The position numbers and the translations under genes were made by a program. DNA of 64,000 nt from contig OZ252243.1 in NCBI GenBank assembly GCA_965249555.1, positions 224,001 to 288,000 on the forward strand, in the 5' to 3' direction. This DNA comes from Nitrosopumilus sp. (GTDB lineage: Archaea > Thermoproteota > Nitrososphaeria > Nitrososphaerales > Nitrosopumilaceae). Below are positions 8,691 to 18,794 of this stretch, one piece after another; position 1 is the stretch's first letter, and the number at the start of each line of letters is the position of its first letter. The notes beneath the pieces are model-generated. The model saw nothing but the letters and a program-made list of their open reading frames with translations, was not told the DNA's origin and did not search any database.

Positions 8691-10460
8691 ATGCTGAAAT
8701 TTCAAGACAAAGTTGCTCTAATTACAGGTAGTGGTACTGGAATAGGTTTAGCCATTGCTACGAAATTTGTTGAAAATGGAGCAAGTGTAATTATCCTTGG
8801 AAGAAGAAAAAAAGTGCTAGAAGAGGCAGCAATAAAACTAGAAGATGCCATATCCAAAGTAAACAGTGGATCAAAAGTTACAATTTTTGCAGGAGTTGAT
8901 GTAGCTGATGAAGCTGCAATGAATAACATGTTTGATTCACTAAAAAATGACAACGTTACAATAGATTACATAATTAACAATGCAGGGGTTTCAGGTCCTG
9001 TTACATGTTTTGCAAATGCACCACTTGATGAATTCAAAAGTACTATTGCAATACACCTAACGGGAACATTTTGGGGCTCTGTACAAGCACTAAAAGTAAT
9101 GAAAGAAGGAGGAAAAATCATTACAATTTCAACATTCTTTACTGAAGAGAGACCATTAGAACAGAGACCTTACAGATTTAGAAGTCCATACACTGCATCA
9201 CAAGGTGCAAAGAACAGACTAGCTGAGGCAATGTCATGGGAATTAACAGACAAAGGAATTATATCCATTGCAACAAACCCAGGACCAGTACACTCTGATA
9301 GAATTTACAAGACAGTTTATCCAAAAGCTGCATCAGAATTTATGAGAGTTGGTGGATTTGAAGATCTAAGTCCAGTTGAAGTTGAAGAGGCAAGCAAAGA
9401 ATTGTTAGAATGTATACTGAAAGAGGGGGTAGATACAGAGGGAATTGCAAAAGTATCTGAAAAACTAGCAAACGGAAAGGATGTTGCCAAAGTGACTGGG
9501 ACATTTACAAAGTTATTAGAACAAATTCAAAGTCTTGCAGGAAAAATTCAAAATAACACATCACATATGATTGCAAATAAAGAATTTCTATCACAAGTAC
9601 AAGTTGCAGAATCAGTTCTCAACTTGTGTGATGATGAAATAGCAAAAATTCTAAATGGAAAAGTTGTTCCTGGAGACAGGGTATTTTATCCTGTAAGACC
9701 GCATATTGGAACCACAACACCGGGAGTTCACCAAGCGGATTTTAGCGGCAAAGTAGTTGTATTTACCATTGATGCAACTGATAAAGTAGATGCAGAAAGA
9801 GTAGTATTTTTGGCACAGCATATTGAGAAAAATGGGGGAAGAGCTGCATGTTTCATTTCAGAGTCTACACCAAAAGAACTTCAAGAGTATATCAGTAGCA
9901 AATGTCACACACATATTTTTGACATCAAGAATACTGAAGAGGTCGAAAAGTGGTTAAACACTGCTAAAACTAATCACGGCGAGATCCTAGCAGTAGTTCA
10001 TGTTACAGGAAAATTACCAGAAATATCAAAATTAACTGAATTATCCAGAACTGCATGGGAAGGACTTGTTGAAAAATTCATTTCAACTCCAGCAACTGTA
10101 TCTCAGAGGGCACTAGAACAATTTGTTCCAGGTGGAGGTAAAGACCCACGTCTTTACAAAGATGCAAAAGGTGCAATCATGATAATTGGTCCAGACCTTC
10201 CAATTGGAAGAAAAGTTACGGGAACGCAAAGAGCTCAGGTAGAAGTTTTCAGAGGGGCACTAAGACCATTCACAACTACAGTTAACCAAGAACTAAGTGA
10301 TGTTCTAAAATCAAAAATTAGAATGTTTACAGTATTTCCAGGTACAGTTACGGGTTTAGAGCCAAACAATCAAAGAATTGCAGATGCATTTAATTTCCTT
10401 GTATCAGATAGTGCAGCCTCATCAGCAGAAATTGTTTTCTGTGTTGATGAATCAAGATAA
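8691..10460 (+). CDS. Two-domain short-chain dehydrogenase/reductase
   Basis: TGSGTGIG, NNAG, YTASQ in place of YxxxK, PGPV, and a second degenerate Rossmann domain. Confidence 0.9.
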   Translation: MLKFQDKVALITGSGTGIGLAIATKFVENGASVIILGRRKKVLEEAAIKLEDAISKVNSGSKVTIFAGVDVADEAAMNNMFDSLKNDNVTIDYIINNAGVSGPVTCFANAPLDEFKSTIAIHLTGTFWGSVQALKVMKEGGKIITISTFFTEERPLEQRPYRFRSPYTASQGAKNRLAEAMSWELTDKGIISIATNPGPVHSDRIYKTVYPKAASEFMRVGGFEDLSPVEVEEASKELLECILKEGVDTEGIAKVSEKLANGKDVAKVTGTFTKLLEQIQSLAGKIQNNTSHMIANKEFLSQVQVAESVLNLCDDEIAKILNGKVVPGDRVFYPVRPHIGTTTPGVHQADFSGKVVVFTIDATDKVDAERVVFLAQHIEKNGGRAACFISESTPKELQEYISSKCHTHIFDIKNTEEVEKWLNTAKTNHGEILAVVHVTGKLPEISKLTELSRTAWEGLVEKFISTPATVSQRALEQFVPGGGKDPRLYKDAKGAIMIIGPDLPIGRKVTGTQRAQVEVFRGALRPFTTTVNQELSDVLKSKIRMFTVFPGTVTGLEPNNQRIADAFNFLVSDSAASSAEIVFCVDESR

Positions 10461-10708
10461 GAATAAAATCTAAAATTAAAATAGATTAATCCTCATATTC
10501 GTCATCATTTCTTCGTGATGGTCTTATAGGAATGTACAATATTGTCATAATCATAAATTATGGAATTTGTATTTAGCAGAGATGTAGAAAGTTTCATGTA
10601 TTAGATTAGTGTCTGATATTATTATGGAACATGACAATAGTATGCATACAATAAATACTATTTCCAATACTATGCTGAGTTTATTTTTTTTAACATCTCA
10701 GAAAACAA

Positions 10709-11242
10709 TCAAGAATATTTTAACGAATCCAATTTTGACAACAAAACTATTTCGTTCTCATCGTCATCCTTGTGGATTAGTAAAATACTCATCGTTCCAT
10801 CGGTAAAGTCACTTTTTCTATCGTATATGCTTTTTCTATCGTATATGCTTTTTCTATCGTATATGCTTTTTCTATCGTATATGCTTTTTCTATCGTATAT
10901 GCTTTTTCTATCGTATATGCTTTTTCTATCGTATATGCTTTTTCTATCGTATATGCTTTTTCTATCGTATATGCTTTTTCTATCGTATATGCTTTTTCTA
11001 TCGTATATGCTTTTTCTATCGTATATGCTTTTTCCGCCAACAAAAATCATTTGATAATCATTTGCTTTGCAGTATTCATTGAAATCATGAACTTTTTCTG
11101 GTTGGACATGGTATGGAAAAAAGACCATTGATTTTGAAGTTGAAGGAATTCTGAACAGGTGATCTACATTGAATCGCACTTTATTCTGAGACAAATCAAG
11201 AAATTCATTATTCAATCCAATTTTGTATGATATATCAATCAT
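10709..11242 (-). CDS. Hypothetical protein containing (KSIYDR)12
   Basis: Frame stays open across the repeat; ATG at 11242 avoids overlap with queE. Confidence 0.55.
   Translation of the reverse strand: MIDISYKIGLNNEFLDLSQNKVRFNVDHLFRIPSTSKSMVFFPYHVQPEKVHDFNEYCKANDYQMIFVGGKSIYDRKSIYDRKSIYDRKSIYDRKSIYDRKSIYDRKSIYDRKSIYDRKSIYDRKSIYDRKSIYDRKSIYDRKSDFTDGTMSILLIHKDDDENEIVLLSKLDSLKYS
10812..11034. repeat. Perfect 18-bp tandem repeat CTTTTTCTATCGTATATG x12 plus a partial copy
   Basis: Identical units with no spacers. Confidence 0.97.
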
Positions 11243-11314
11243 TGTAATTATCAAGCCATCTGATGTATTTAAAAGAAATTTTAATGTGGAGTTTAAGAAT
11301 ATATGTGATACAAT

Positions 11315-11995
11315 TTGAAAATTAGTGAAATCTTTGAATCCATTCAAGGTGAAGGAGTTAATGCAGGAAAAGAATCTATTTTTATCCGAACTGCTCTGTG
11401 TAATTTAAAATGTTCCTGGTGTGATACAAAATACACTTGGGATTGGAAAAATTTTGATTATGATACTGAAGTTCATGAACTGTCAATTGATGAAATATTA
11501 CAAAAATTAGAAAATTTTTCTGCAAAGAATATTGTAATTACTGGAGGCGAGCCATTAATGCAGCAAGAAGAATTGATCTCATTGATATTATCATTTCCAA
11601 AAAAATTCTTTATAGAAATTGAAACAAATGGAACAATTCTTCCCTTAGATAAATTAGTTTCATTAATTGATCAATGGAATGTATCGCCTAAAACTTCAAA
11701 CTCTAATAATCTGATTGAACAATGTGAGATTGCAAATTGTTATAATTTTTTTAAGAATAATTCAAAAACATTTTTTAAATTTGTCGTAGAAACTGAATCT
11801 GATATTTTCGAAATAACTGAACTTGTAAAAAAATACAACATTGATAAATCTAAAATTTTTCTTATGCCTCAAGCTATTACAAAAGATGATTTAATTTCAA
11901 AAGAATCTTTGATAAAACCTTTATGTGAGAAAAATGGTTTTAGATATTCACCAAGATTACATGTACTAAAATGGGGAAATGCTAGAGGGCGCTAG
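11315..11995 (+). CDS. queE: 7-carboxy-7-deazaguanine synthase (radical SAM)
   Basis: EIFESIQGEG, CNLKCSWCDT, ITGGEP, IETNG, VSPK and RLH motifs. Confidence 0.92.
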   Translation: MKISEIFESIQGEGVNAGKESIFIRTALCNLKCSWCDTKYTWDWKNFDYDTEVHELSIDEILQKLENFSAKNIVITGGEPLMQQEELISLILSFPKKFFIEIETNGTILPLDKLVSLIDQWNVSPKTSNSNNLIEQCEIANCYNFFKNNSKTFFKFVVETESDIFEITELVKKYNIDKSKIFLMPQAITKDDLISKESLIKPLCEKNGFRYSPRLHVLKWGNARGR

Positions 11996-12229
11996 TTACT
12001 TTGAAACCAAACAATACGCTGAATTTCCCTCAAAAAATCTTACACTAGATAGAGGTATTTTCCCTTCAAGATTCTCAAAAATCCATGCTGCTATGTTTTC
12101 AGATGTGGGAAAATCAAACATTTTATCCAGATCTTTGTGATCTAGTTGACTGATTACATTCCAGCATGTTTTTTTCATTTCATCAAAATCTAATATCATA
12201 TTGTCTTGGTAGGTAGGGCCTTTTTTCAA
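11996..12229 (-). pseudogene. queD: N-terminally truncated 6-carboxytetrahydropterin synthase
   Basis: MILDF…LDHK…PTSENIA…VRFFE present; the N-terminal His/Cys metal-binding (HGH) region is absent. Confidence 0.75.
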
Positions 12230-12239
12230 TGCAGTTTGG

Positions 12240-13154
12240 CTATTTTCTAGGATCCAAGCCTAACTGAAGCAATTTTCGAATACATTCATTACGAAATTTT
12301 TCTGCTTCGGCTCTTTCTTTTGTGATGCATTCTTCAGGATTTCCATAGGTCCAATCATTCATTAATGACAAATGACAAAAGAATCCCATAAAAAATGATG
12401 GTAGTTGTTGCCAAAATTCAGGAATTTTTGTAGTATCCATAAATATTGTGGTGTTGACTAAATCATAAAAAACATAATTGGAATTTATCAAATTTGTTTT
12501 TATTTTTATTTCTGGAGGGTTGATTTCATAAAATCCTGAAAATAAGAGTACTGCATCATTGTATTTTTTGTTTTTTATCAACTCATACACGTTTACTAAA
12601 ATTTTATCAGATGGTCTTTGATATCTATCGTATTTTGTTGTTCTATTGAGAAAATTTTCTATGATTGGATTTTTAACTTCCTTCCCTTCAAGTATATCTT
12701 CTATTTGCTCATTTTCATTAAATCCTTGAATTGATTCTTCTACCATTTCATCAATTAGTATTGATGCCATATCTGCATAATTTTTCCAATTTATGTTGCC
12801 TTTTGGAAGTATCAGTCTGTCATATGCAATAATCAAACAATCATTAGTGGGTGTTAAAATATTACTGATTTTAGTTTGGCTTCCCTCCTTCCCTCTATCT
12901 GATTCTTCGTTTTCATTCATGTATTCTTCCATGTCCTCATTAACATAATCCACAATATCATTTGCTTCTTTTTTTGTGAATTTGGTTCTCTCTCTTTTCC
13001 AAATTAGCATGTATTTTGAATCTGGTACGGAAAATTTGAATTCAACTGATTCCCAAGTTCTACTACTTTGTAAATCATCAGAAACATGAAAATCATATAC
13101 TTCTCCATCCTTGTTTGCAAAACCAAAAATGTATGATAAGGCAGGTTCTTTCAA
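12240..13154 (-). CDS. Hypothetical protein
   Basis: 304 aa ORF; no motif recognised. Confidence 0.7.
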   Translation of the reverse strand: MKEPALSYIFGFANKDGEVYDFHVSDDLQSSRTWESVEFKFSVPDSKYMLIWKRERTKFTKKEANDIVDYVNEDMEEYMNENEESDRGKEGSQTKISNILTPTNDCLIIAYDRLILPKGNINWKNYADMASILIDEMVEESIQGFNENEQIEDILEGKEVKNPIIENFLNRTTKYDRYQRPSDKILVNVYELIKNKKYNDAVLLFSGFYEINPPEIKIKTNLINSNYVFYDLVNTTIFMDTTKIPEFWQQLPSFFMGFFCHLSLMNDWTYGNPEECITKERAEAEKFRNECIRKLLQLGLDPRK

Positions 13155-13229
13155 TAATGATTAATAATTTATTCTAATATTTGAAACTATTCTTGTGTCT
13201 GCTAAATAGAATCACTAACAAACAAATAA

Positions 13230-13670
13230 CTAAGTTCTTTTATCTAAATCATTCATAAGATCAGATAATTTATGTATAATTCCAGTCAACTGCTGTAAGT
13301 ATTCTGAGTGCTCCGGTGATGGAATTGCAAAAATGTCTTTTCCTTTTGTCATGGAACCTTGAAAGCATTGGTTAAGTTGCCCAAATGATGTTTTTTCATG
13401 TTTAATTATTATTACTAGTGCTCCAAACTTTCCAGCACCTCCATATGGCTCCTCCCAAGCTTTGATGTCTGTATAGACTAATACTGGGCACGATTCAGAT
13501 AATCTAAATTCTATTATTGGCATTACATCATTTGATGTTATGATTATCCACCATTCTTCACTTCTAATGTATGAATGAATAATTCCAAAGATTTCTTCTT
13601 GTTTTACTTCTTTTGGATTTAGTTTATACATTATTCCTTCAACCCTCTTACTTTGGTATAAATTTGACAT
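13230..13670 (-). CDS. Hypothetical protein
   Basis: 146 aa ORF. Confidence 0.65.
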   Translation of the reverse strand: MSNLYQSKRVEGIMYKLNPKEVKQEEIFGIIHSYIRSEEWWIIITSNDVMPIIEFRLSESCPVLVYTDIKAWEEPYGGAGKFGALVIIIKHEKTSFGQLNQCFQGSMTKGKDIFAIPSPEHSEYLQQLTGIIHKLSDLMNDLDKRT

Positions 13671-13808
13671 AATTTGAGACTAACATCCACAGTATACCTG
13701 GGCTCCCCATAACAACAGTTTTAATCAAATGCATATTTACTGATGTTATATATACATAATTGTATATGTACATAAATACATATATACATAAATGTACATA
13801 TTATTATT

Positions 13809-14090
13809 ATGAGTGCAAGTACTGTTCTACGTAGACCTCACAGTCCAAATCTTGATACAATTGAGATGATTGAACAAACAATTGAGAAAAATCATGATTT
13901 TCGAACTGTAACTGAATTGTATCATGCATTGCCCCGTGGTGTACAACATGCTACTTTCAAGAGAGTTTTGGGTTATTTGGAAAAATCAAACAAAATATCG
14001 TATGACAACAATGGTGCAGTATTTTGGATCTTTGCTGGAGATAATCCTGGTTTGGCTTTTCTAGAAAAAAATTCTATCCAAAGAAAATAA
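13809..14090 (+). CDS. Small winged-helix-like protein
   Basis: PNLDTI.MIE..I, TELYHALPR and L.YLEKSNKI; preceded by an AT-rich stretch of TACATA repeats. Confidence 0.65.
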   Translation: MSASTVLRRPHSPNLDTIEMIEQTIEKNHDFRTVTELYHALPRGVQHATFKRVLGYLEKSNKISYDNNGAVFWIFAGDNPGLAFLEKNSIQRK

Positions 14091-14207
14091 TCAATCTAGT
14101 TATTTTAGTGAGTAAAATACCGGAGAGCCGACTTGGTCTCTCCAGTCCTTTAGCTCAGAGACCTAACGAACAACATACATTATAAAAGCACAAGAAAGAA
14201 TTCTAGG

Positions 14208-14981
14208 CTAAAATCCAAAGATGGTTGCACCATCAGATATAGAATCAAAAAACAGTTTCGCAGCAGCTATCAAGATTACAACAGATACTATAATTTTCAA
14301 ATATCTTTCTTTGATATCTAAAGATAATCTTGCGCCAACTAATCCACCAAGAAAAGAACCTATTGCTAAAAATCCTGCCTGCGTAAAATCAGGATGCCCC
14401 AATACACTATGAGCTATCACCCCAGATAATGATGCAAATAACAAAATCATTTGAGAAGTAGGAGCAGCTTTTTTCATTGCCATCCCCATTCCGACTACCA
14501 TTAGAGGCACAAAGATTATCCCACCACCTATTCCAAAAAATGAGGAAATTATTCCTGCAAAGAAACTAGCACCTATTGCAAAAACCATCATCTGTTTGGA
14601 TATTGTTTTTTCTCTAGTCTCAATTTTTTTTCTCAAAAATATGTAAGCTGCAGATGTAATCAATACAAAGCCAAATAATATTTTAAAAATATCAGGAGCT
14701 ACATCTGTAGAAATAACTGCACCAAGAATGGTTCCAGGAATTGCAAGTAATCCAAGTTTTAGACCTAATGAATATTCAATTCTTTTTTGTCTAGAATATG
14801 AAATAGTTGATGCAATGGCATTGCTTAATGCAGCAAAAAGACTGTTACTTGCAGCAGCTGTTGGAGAAAATCCCAGAAAGGTCAATACAGGGACCACTAT
14901 AATTCCACCACCAAGACCAATCATAGAACCCAATACTCCTGCAACAAATCCCAGAGGAATTAACCATAGATGATCAATCAT
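14208..14981 (-). CDS. TauE/SafE (TSUP) family permease
   Basis: Duplicated GLGGG and GIGGG..VP motifs; about 8 TM segments. Confidence 0.9.
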   Translation of the reverse strand: MIDHLWLIPLGFVAGVLGSMIGLGGGIIVVPVLTFLGFSPTAAASNSLFAALSNAIASTISYSRQKRIEYSLGLKLGLLAIPGTILGAVISTDVAPDIFKILFGFVLITSAAYIFLRKKIETREKTISKQMMVFAIGASFFAGIISSFFGIGGGIIFVPLMVVGMGMAMKKAAPTSQMILLFASLSGVIAHSVLGHPDFTQAGFLAIGSFLGGLVGARLSLDIKERYLKIIVSVVILIAAAKLFFDSISDGATIFGF

Positions 14982-15021
14982 TGTAATCGCCAGTCAAAGA
15001 ATTTTGTTGTATATAATTAGA

Positions 15022-15672
15022 CTACTTTAGAATGATTAATGTATGTAAGATGGAATTTTCCTTAGATGTAACTTCCAAAGTTATTACAGAAGGTCCTAAA
15101 TCGTCAACCTGAGATTTGACATTACGTTGACCAGAATCATTGTAAAAACTATGAACAGCATCCAACCATGCAGAAATAGATTCAAGGTCATCATCAGATT
15201 TCTCTTCCTCCCAGCAGTCACAAACAAGTGTTTCAATCATTACCTCAATGACTGCAAGAACATCATCTTGGTTTGATTCCAAAGTTGTAGTTTCAAGATT
15301 AGCTATAGCCAAGATGGGAGAATTTGTATTACCACCCATGTTGATATTTCCCAATGGGTTTCCTTCAGAATCTATCACATTAGTAGTAGTGCAATAATTA
15401 ATTTTTTTTGAAAGTTTATTTTCAAAGATCATGCAGTATTTGTTTATAGTGTGATCAGTAATCGCAACAGGAATAGACACTGTGATATTTTGTTCAGATA
15501 AAGTGGTTTGAATTGTTTCAATATCATAATAAGTAAAACCTTGATCGTAAATTGATTGGGATTCAGAAGGCTCTTCAGAAACAAAGATCAATGAAAATGA
15601 AATAACTGCCGCAACGCCAAGTATAATTGGAACCAAAAATAAGTTCTTATTCATAAAACATAATTTTAGCAT
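15022..15672 (-). CDS. Membrane-anchored hypothetical protein
   Basis: N-terminal TM helix and an acidic soluble domain. Confidence 0.7.
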   Translation of the reverse strand: MLKLCFMNKNLFLVPIILGVAAVISFSLIFVSEEPSESQSIYDQGFTYYDIETIQTTLSEQNITVSIPVAITDHTINKYCMIFENKLSKKINYCTTTNVIDSEGNPLGNINMGGNTNSPILAIANLETTTLESNQDDVLAVIEVMIETLVCDCWEEEKSDDDLESISAWLDAVHSFYNDSGQRNVKSQVDDLGPSVITLEVTSKENSILHTLIILK

Positions 15673-15694
15673 TACAAGATAAGTTTTTGCAATT

Positions 15695-16186
15695 CTAAAT
15701 TGAGATAATACTCAAAATGGAATCTTTTGTAATATTATTTTCTTCAATAAACCCCGAAGTAACCTCAAGAACATAAACTGATTCACCTTCAGGGATAATA
15801 CTTTGACAGGTTGTAATTTCTAATGCATTTTTACATGGAGGAACATTTTTTTCAATATGTACAACTTTTCCGTCTTGATCAAACCAAATCATATCAAGAG
15901 GAAATTGCATGTTAAGCATCCATAGAGAATGAAGCCCGGATTCTTGAAATACAAATATCATTCCCTGATCTAAAGGAAGTTGATCTTGAAACATCAATCC
16001 CCGAACGCGCCTGGGTTCAGTATCAGCAATCTGTACTTGAAGAGGAACATCATCAACTTTGATTGTACCCATAGGAAATTCAACTGATTCTAATTTGATT
16101 TCACTTGGAAGGGTAGCCAAACCAACAACCCCAACTATTACAGCTGCAATGAAAATAGGAAGTATTACCTGAGTCCTAGTTGTCAT
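15695..16186 (-). CDS. DUF192 family protein
   Basis: ADT…RGLMF, GMIF, WMLNM.FPLD and VLE…G motifs. Confidence 0.9.
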   Translation of the reverse strand: MTTRTQVILPIFIAAVIVGVVGLATLPSEIKLESVEFPMGTIKVDDVPLQVQIADTEPRRVRGLMFQDQLPLDQGMIFVFQESGLHSLWMLNMQFPLDMIWFDQDGKVVHIEKNVPPCKNALEITTCQSIIPEGESVYVLEVTSGFIEENNITKDSILSIISI

Positions 16187-16253
16187 AAGTTAATTTATCC
16201 AAAGTCCTTTTAAAATACGTACCTGAAAAAATTTTAGAAATCATATAATAATG

Positions 16254-16774
16254 TTAATTCGGTGGATTTTCTTTGTAAAATTTTACAGCCTCTGCTATTT
16301 GTCTAAATTCTAAGTCATCTTTGGTGAATGGCTTTAATTTTTTTCAATCAATATCTTCATAGCAAAACATCGCAATTAGGCTCAAATCTTCAAGATCTGG
16401 GTCTCTATTTGCCCTGAATTTTGTAACAATTAATACTTCCAAGCAAATTACATTAACAGTAGTGCCTTTTTTGTCTACTGAGATTGTTGCTCTTGTTTCA
16501 ATAATTGTCTCTAGCGGAATGTCATTTAATTCTCGTGAATCATGAACATCAATCTTATAGTTTCTAGGTGTGTATGTAACTTTTCCGTTTTTGACTATGA
16601 ATCTGTATTCTAAACTCAGAAATTCATCACGAGTTATTTGTTTGGCAACAACAAAATTCAGATCTTGTATTCTCTACTTTTTTTAGTATGTAAAAATACA
16701 GCTACTGCTCCAACAAAAGTTGCATCTCCCAAATCTTGTGTAATTAGAACCGCTTCTTCAATGTACGGATTCAA
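16254..16774 (-). pseudogene. AbiEii/MenT-like nucleotidyltransferase toxin, inactivated
   Basis: Manual translation: FVGAVAVFLH..SRE, frameshift, QDLNFVV…LEVLIVTKFRANRDPDLEDL…ID*KKLK; one frameshift and one internal TGA. Confidence 0.65.
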
Positions 16775-17438
16775 GTGACAAATCTTCCTGAACTTTTAGT
16801 AACATATCTATGGTAAATCTAGCTTTGATAGTAATTTTATCCCTATGTTTTAGTTGAATTGCAATTGCATCCATCATGCTTCTTCCTCCTTTTGCAACAC
16901 AATCTAGAAAAACTCTTTCTGTTAGATTTTCAAATGAACCTATCTTTGGAAGAATTATAATACTTCCTTTTGTTCCTTCTCTAAAATTATTTTCTTTTAA
17001 AAATTGAACTGTTTTTTCAACATCATCAACATACACATAAAGATCATGGGCAGATTGAAATTTTGTCATTTTATGTGCTGAATAATCTAATGTTATCATA
17101 GACTTTTTTGGTAAATTCTTCATCATAAAATCAATGTCAGATTGTCTATAGTACTTTCCAAATCTTCTTGCTTGCATAAATGCAGCAAATGATGGAATTA
17201 GTTTTTCTAGAATAATGAGTGGTTGTGCTATAACTTCTCTTTTAATAGTAAATTGTCCTCGATTATATTTTGCTAGTCCTATCTCTGTTAATTTTTTTAC
17301 TCTTCTACGAACGGTTCTTTCATGAACACATTTTGCAACCTCTTTTACTTTATAGATCGGTCTAGGTGGAAGCCCCTGAGCAAATTGTAACGCGTCTTTG
17401 TATCGTGTTAAAATTGATGCCATTTCTTGTTGTGTCAT
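16758..17438 (-). CDS. AbiEi-like antitoxin / wHTH regulator
   Basis: N-terminal HTH (VKEVAK..HERTVRRRVKKL) and C-terminal ERVFLDCV; overlaps the toxin remnant; ATG at 17438 preferred. Confidence 0.6.
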   Translation of the reverse strand: MTQQEMASILTRYKDALQFAQGLPPRPIYKVKEVAKCVHERTVRRRVKKLTEIGLAKYNRGQFTIKREVIAQPLIILEKLIPSFAAFMQARRFGKYYRQSDIDFMMKNLPKKSMITLDYSAHKMTKFQSAHDLYVYVDDVEKTVQFLKENNFREGTKGSIIILPKIGSFENLTERVFLDCVAKGGRSMMDAIAIQLKHRDKITIKARFTIDMLLKVQEDLSLESVH

Positions 17439-17512
17439 ATAGCATATACTGTATGCAATATACTTATAGTTTGGACAAATATATCCATTTGTATATATAT
17501 GACCTTCAATTA

Positions 17513-17707
17513 TTATGCCCATATTTTCTCAGAATGATATTTTGCAGTTAGTGTTTGATGAGTTTGTTTTCCATATTTTCTCTCCAATCTATCTTTCTCA
17601 AGATCTATCTCTTCGTCTTTTCTATTCATGTTTAAGATATCAACAATTCCATCATCAATTCGTTTTTTTGCCCATTGTCTTAGGGTAATATTCAGTACTG
17701 TCTGCAA
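17513..17707 (-). CDS. Small hypothetical protein
   Basis: 64 aa ORF. Confidence 0.35.
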   Translation of the reverse strand: MQTVLNITLRQWAKKRIDDGIVDILNMNRKDEEIDLEKDRLERKYGKQTHQTLTAKYHSEKIWA

Positions 17708-17812
17708 GTAATGCTACAGATTCTTTTGTAGGATTGTTAATAATTCTCTCATACCAATGACAGAAATAGCAAAGATGCATGGAGATATTAATTATGATTT
17801 ATAAGGAGAAAA

Positions 17813-18163
17813 ATGAGAATTGGAAATAAGGAGAAAGATATGAGTGTATTAGCTAATCAGGATATGTATAAGGAAGAAATAAAATTCGTCAAAAAATATG
17901 ATGAATTAGCAATGTGTACTCTAGATCAATTAAGTAAACAAAACCAACTAAAATTCAAAGAATTGCATAAAATTGTAGATACTTGTCTCGATGAAAAAAT
18001 AACGAAAAAAAGTTTCGAACAATGTGTTAGAGGAATGCTTTTGAAAGGATTGGTAATAGAAACATTTTCAAAAGATCAACAATTCAAAATCGAGTTATCT
18101 TCAATTGGTAAAGTAGTGCATAAAACAATTAAAAAAGACAGCAAACACTTAGCTACAATATAG
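17813..18163 (+). CDS. Winged-helix-like hypothetical protein
   Basis: LKFKELHK…LLKGLV…ELSSIGK pattern. Confidence 0.55.
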   Translation: MRIGNKEKDMSVLANQDMYKEEIKFVKKYDELAMCTLDQLSKQNQLKFKELHKIVDTCLDEKITKKSFEQCVRGMLLKGLVIETFSKDQQFKIELSSIGKVVHKTIKKDSKHLATI

Positions 18164-18165
18164 TC

Positions 18166-18780
18166 CTAAAACAAACCAAGGTTTTTGGCCCTTCTTTTTG
18201 TCCATGTGTGAATCATTTCAACTATTTCATTATAATTTGAATAAGAGTACTGCATCTTTATACCATCAACAAAAAGACCTGATGTGATGCAAGATGAAAG
18301 AATTTTTTTCTTGTTAGCATGTTTATCAATTAGAAAACCTAACTCTTCTTCAAGTCTTTTTTTACCAGATTTATTCAATCCAAATAAACCACAAATAAAT
18401 CCGATCTCAAATGTTAAACCAAGTAAATAGCCTTCTTTAGTAGATATCACAATACAAAGAAGTCTTTGCATTTTTAATAAATCTGTAAATTTATCAACAT
18501 GTGTGATTTGTTGTGCTTTCGCTTTTTCTTCTTCCATTACATATGTATTAATGCCCAATTTTTTTAGATCGTTTTTGATACGAATTCTTCTATTTAATTC
18601 AGTTTTTGGAAAACTAGGTTCAAGAATTAATACATTAATTTTTTAATTGCTTTTTTGACTTTCATCATTGTTTTTAGCATGTTTTTTCTTTGGTTTTGAT
18701 TTCTTAGGTTGTTTTGTTTTTCTAGCTGAAGATTTTCTTCTAGTATGTCTCTTTTTATATCTTGTAACTTGTCTAGATCT
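18166..18780 (-). pseudogene. NDT/TIR-like Rossmannoid protein with an in-frame stop
   Basis: The frame of the 130 aa ORF extends upstream (KINVLILEPSFPK…) to TAA at 18643-18645 and is open beyond it; GLTFEIGF motif. Confidence 0.4.
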
Positions 18781-18794
18781 GAAAGGATTGTATT

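Noticed and set aside
10812-11034. CRISPR array
   Set aside because: Units are contiguous and identical with no spacers, and there are no cas genes. The same applies to the arrays at 51.8, 56.6 and 61.8 kb.
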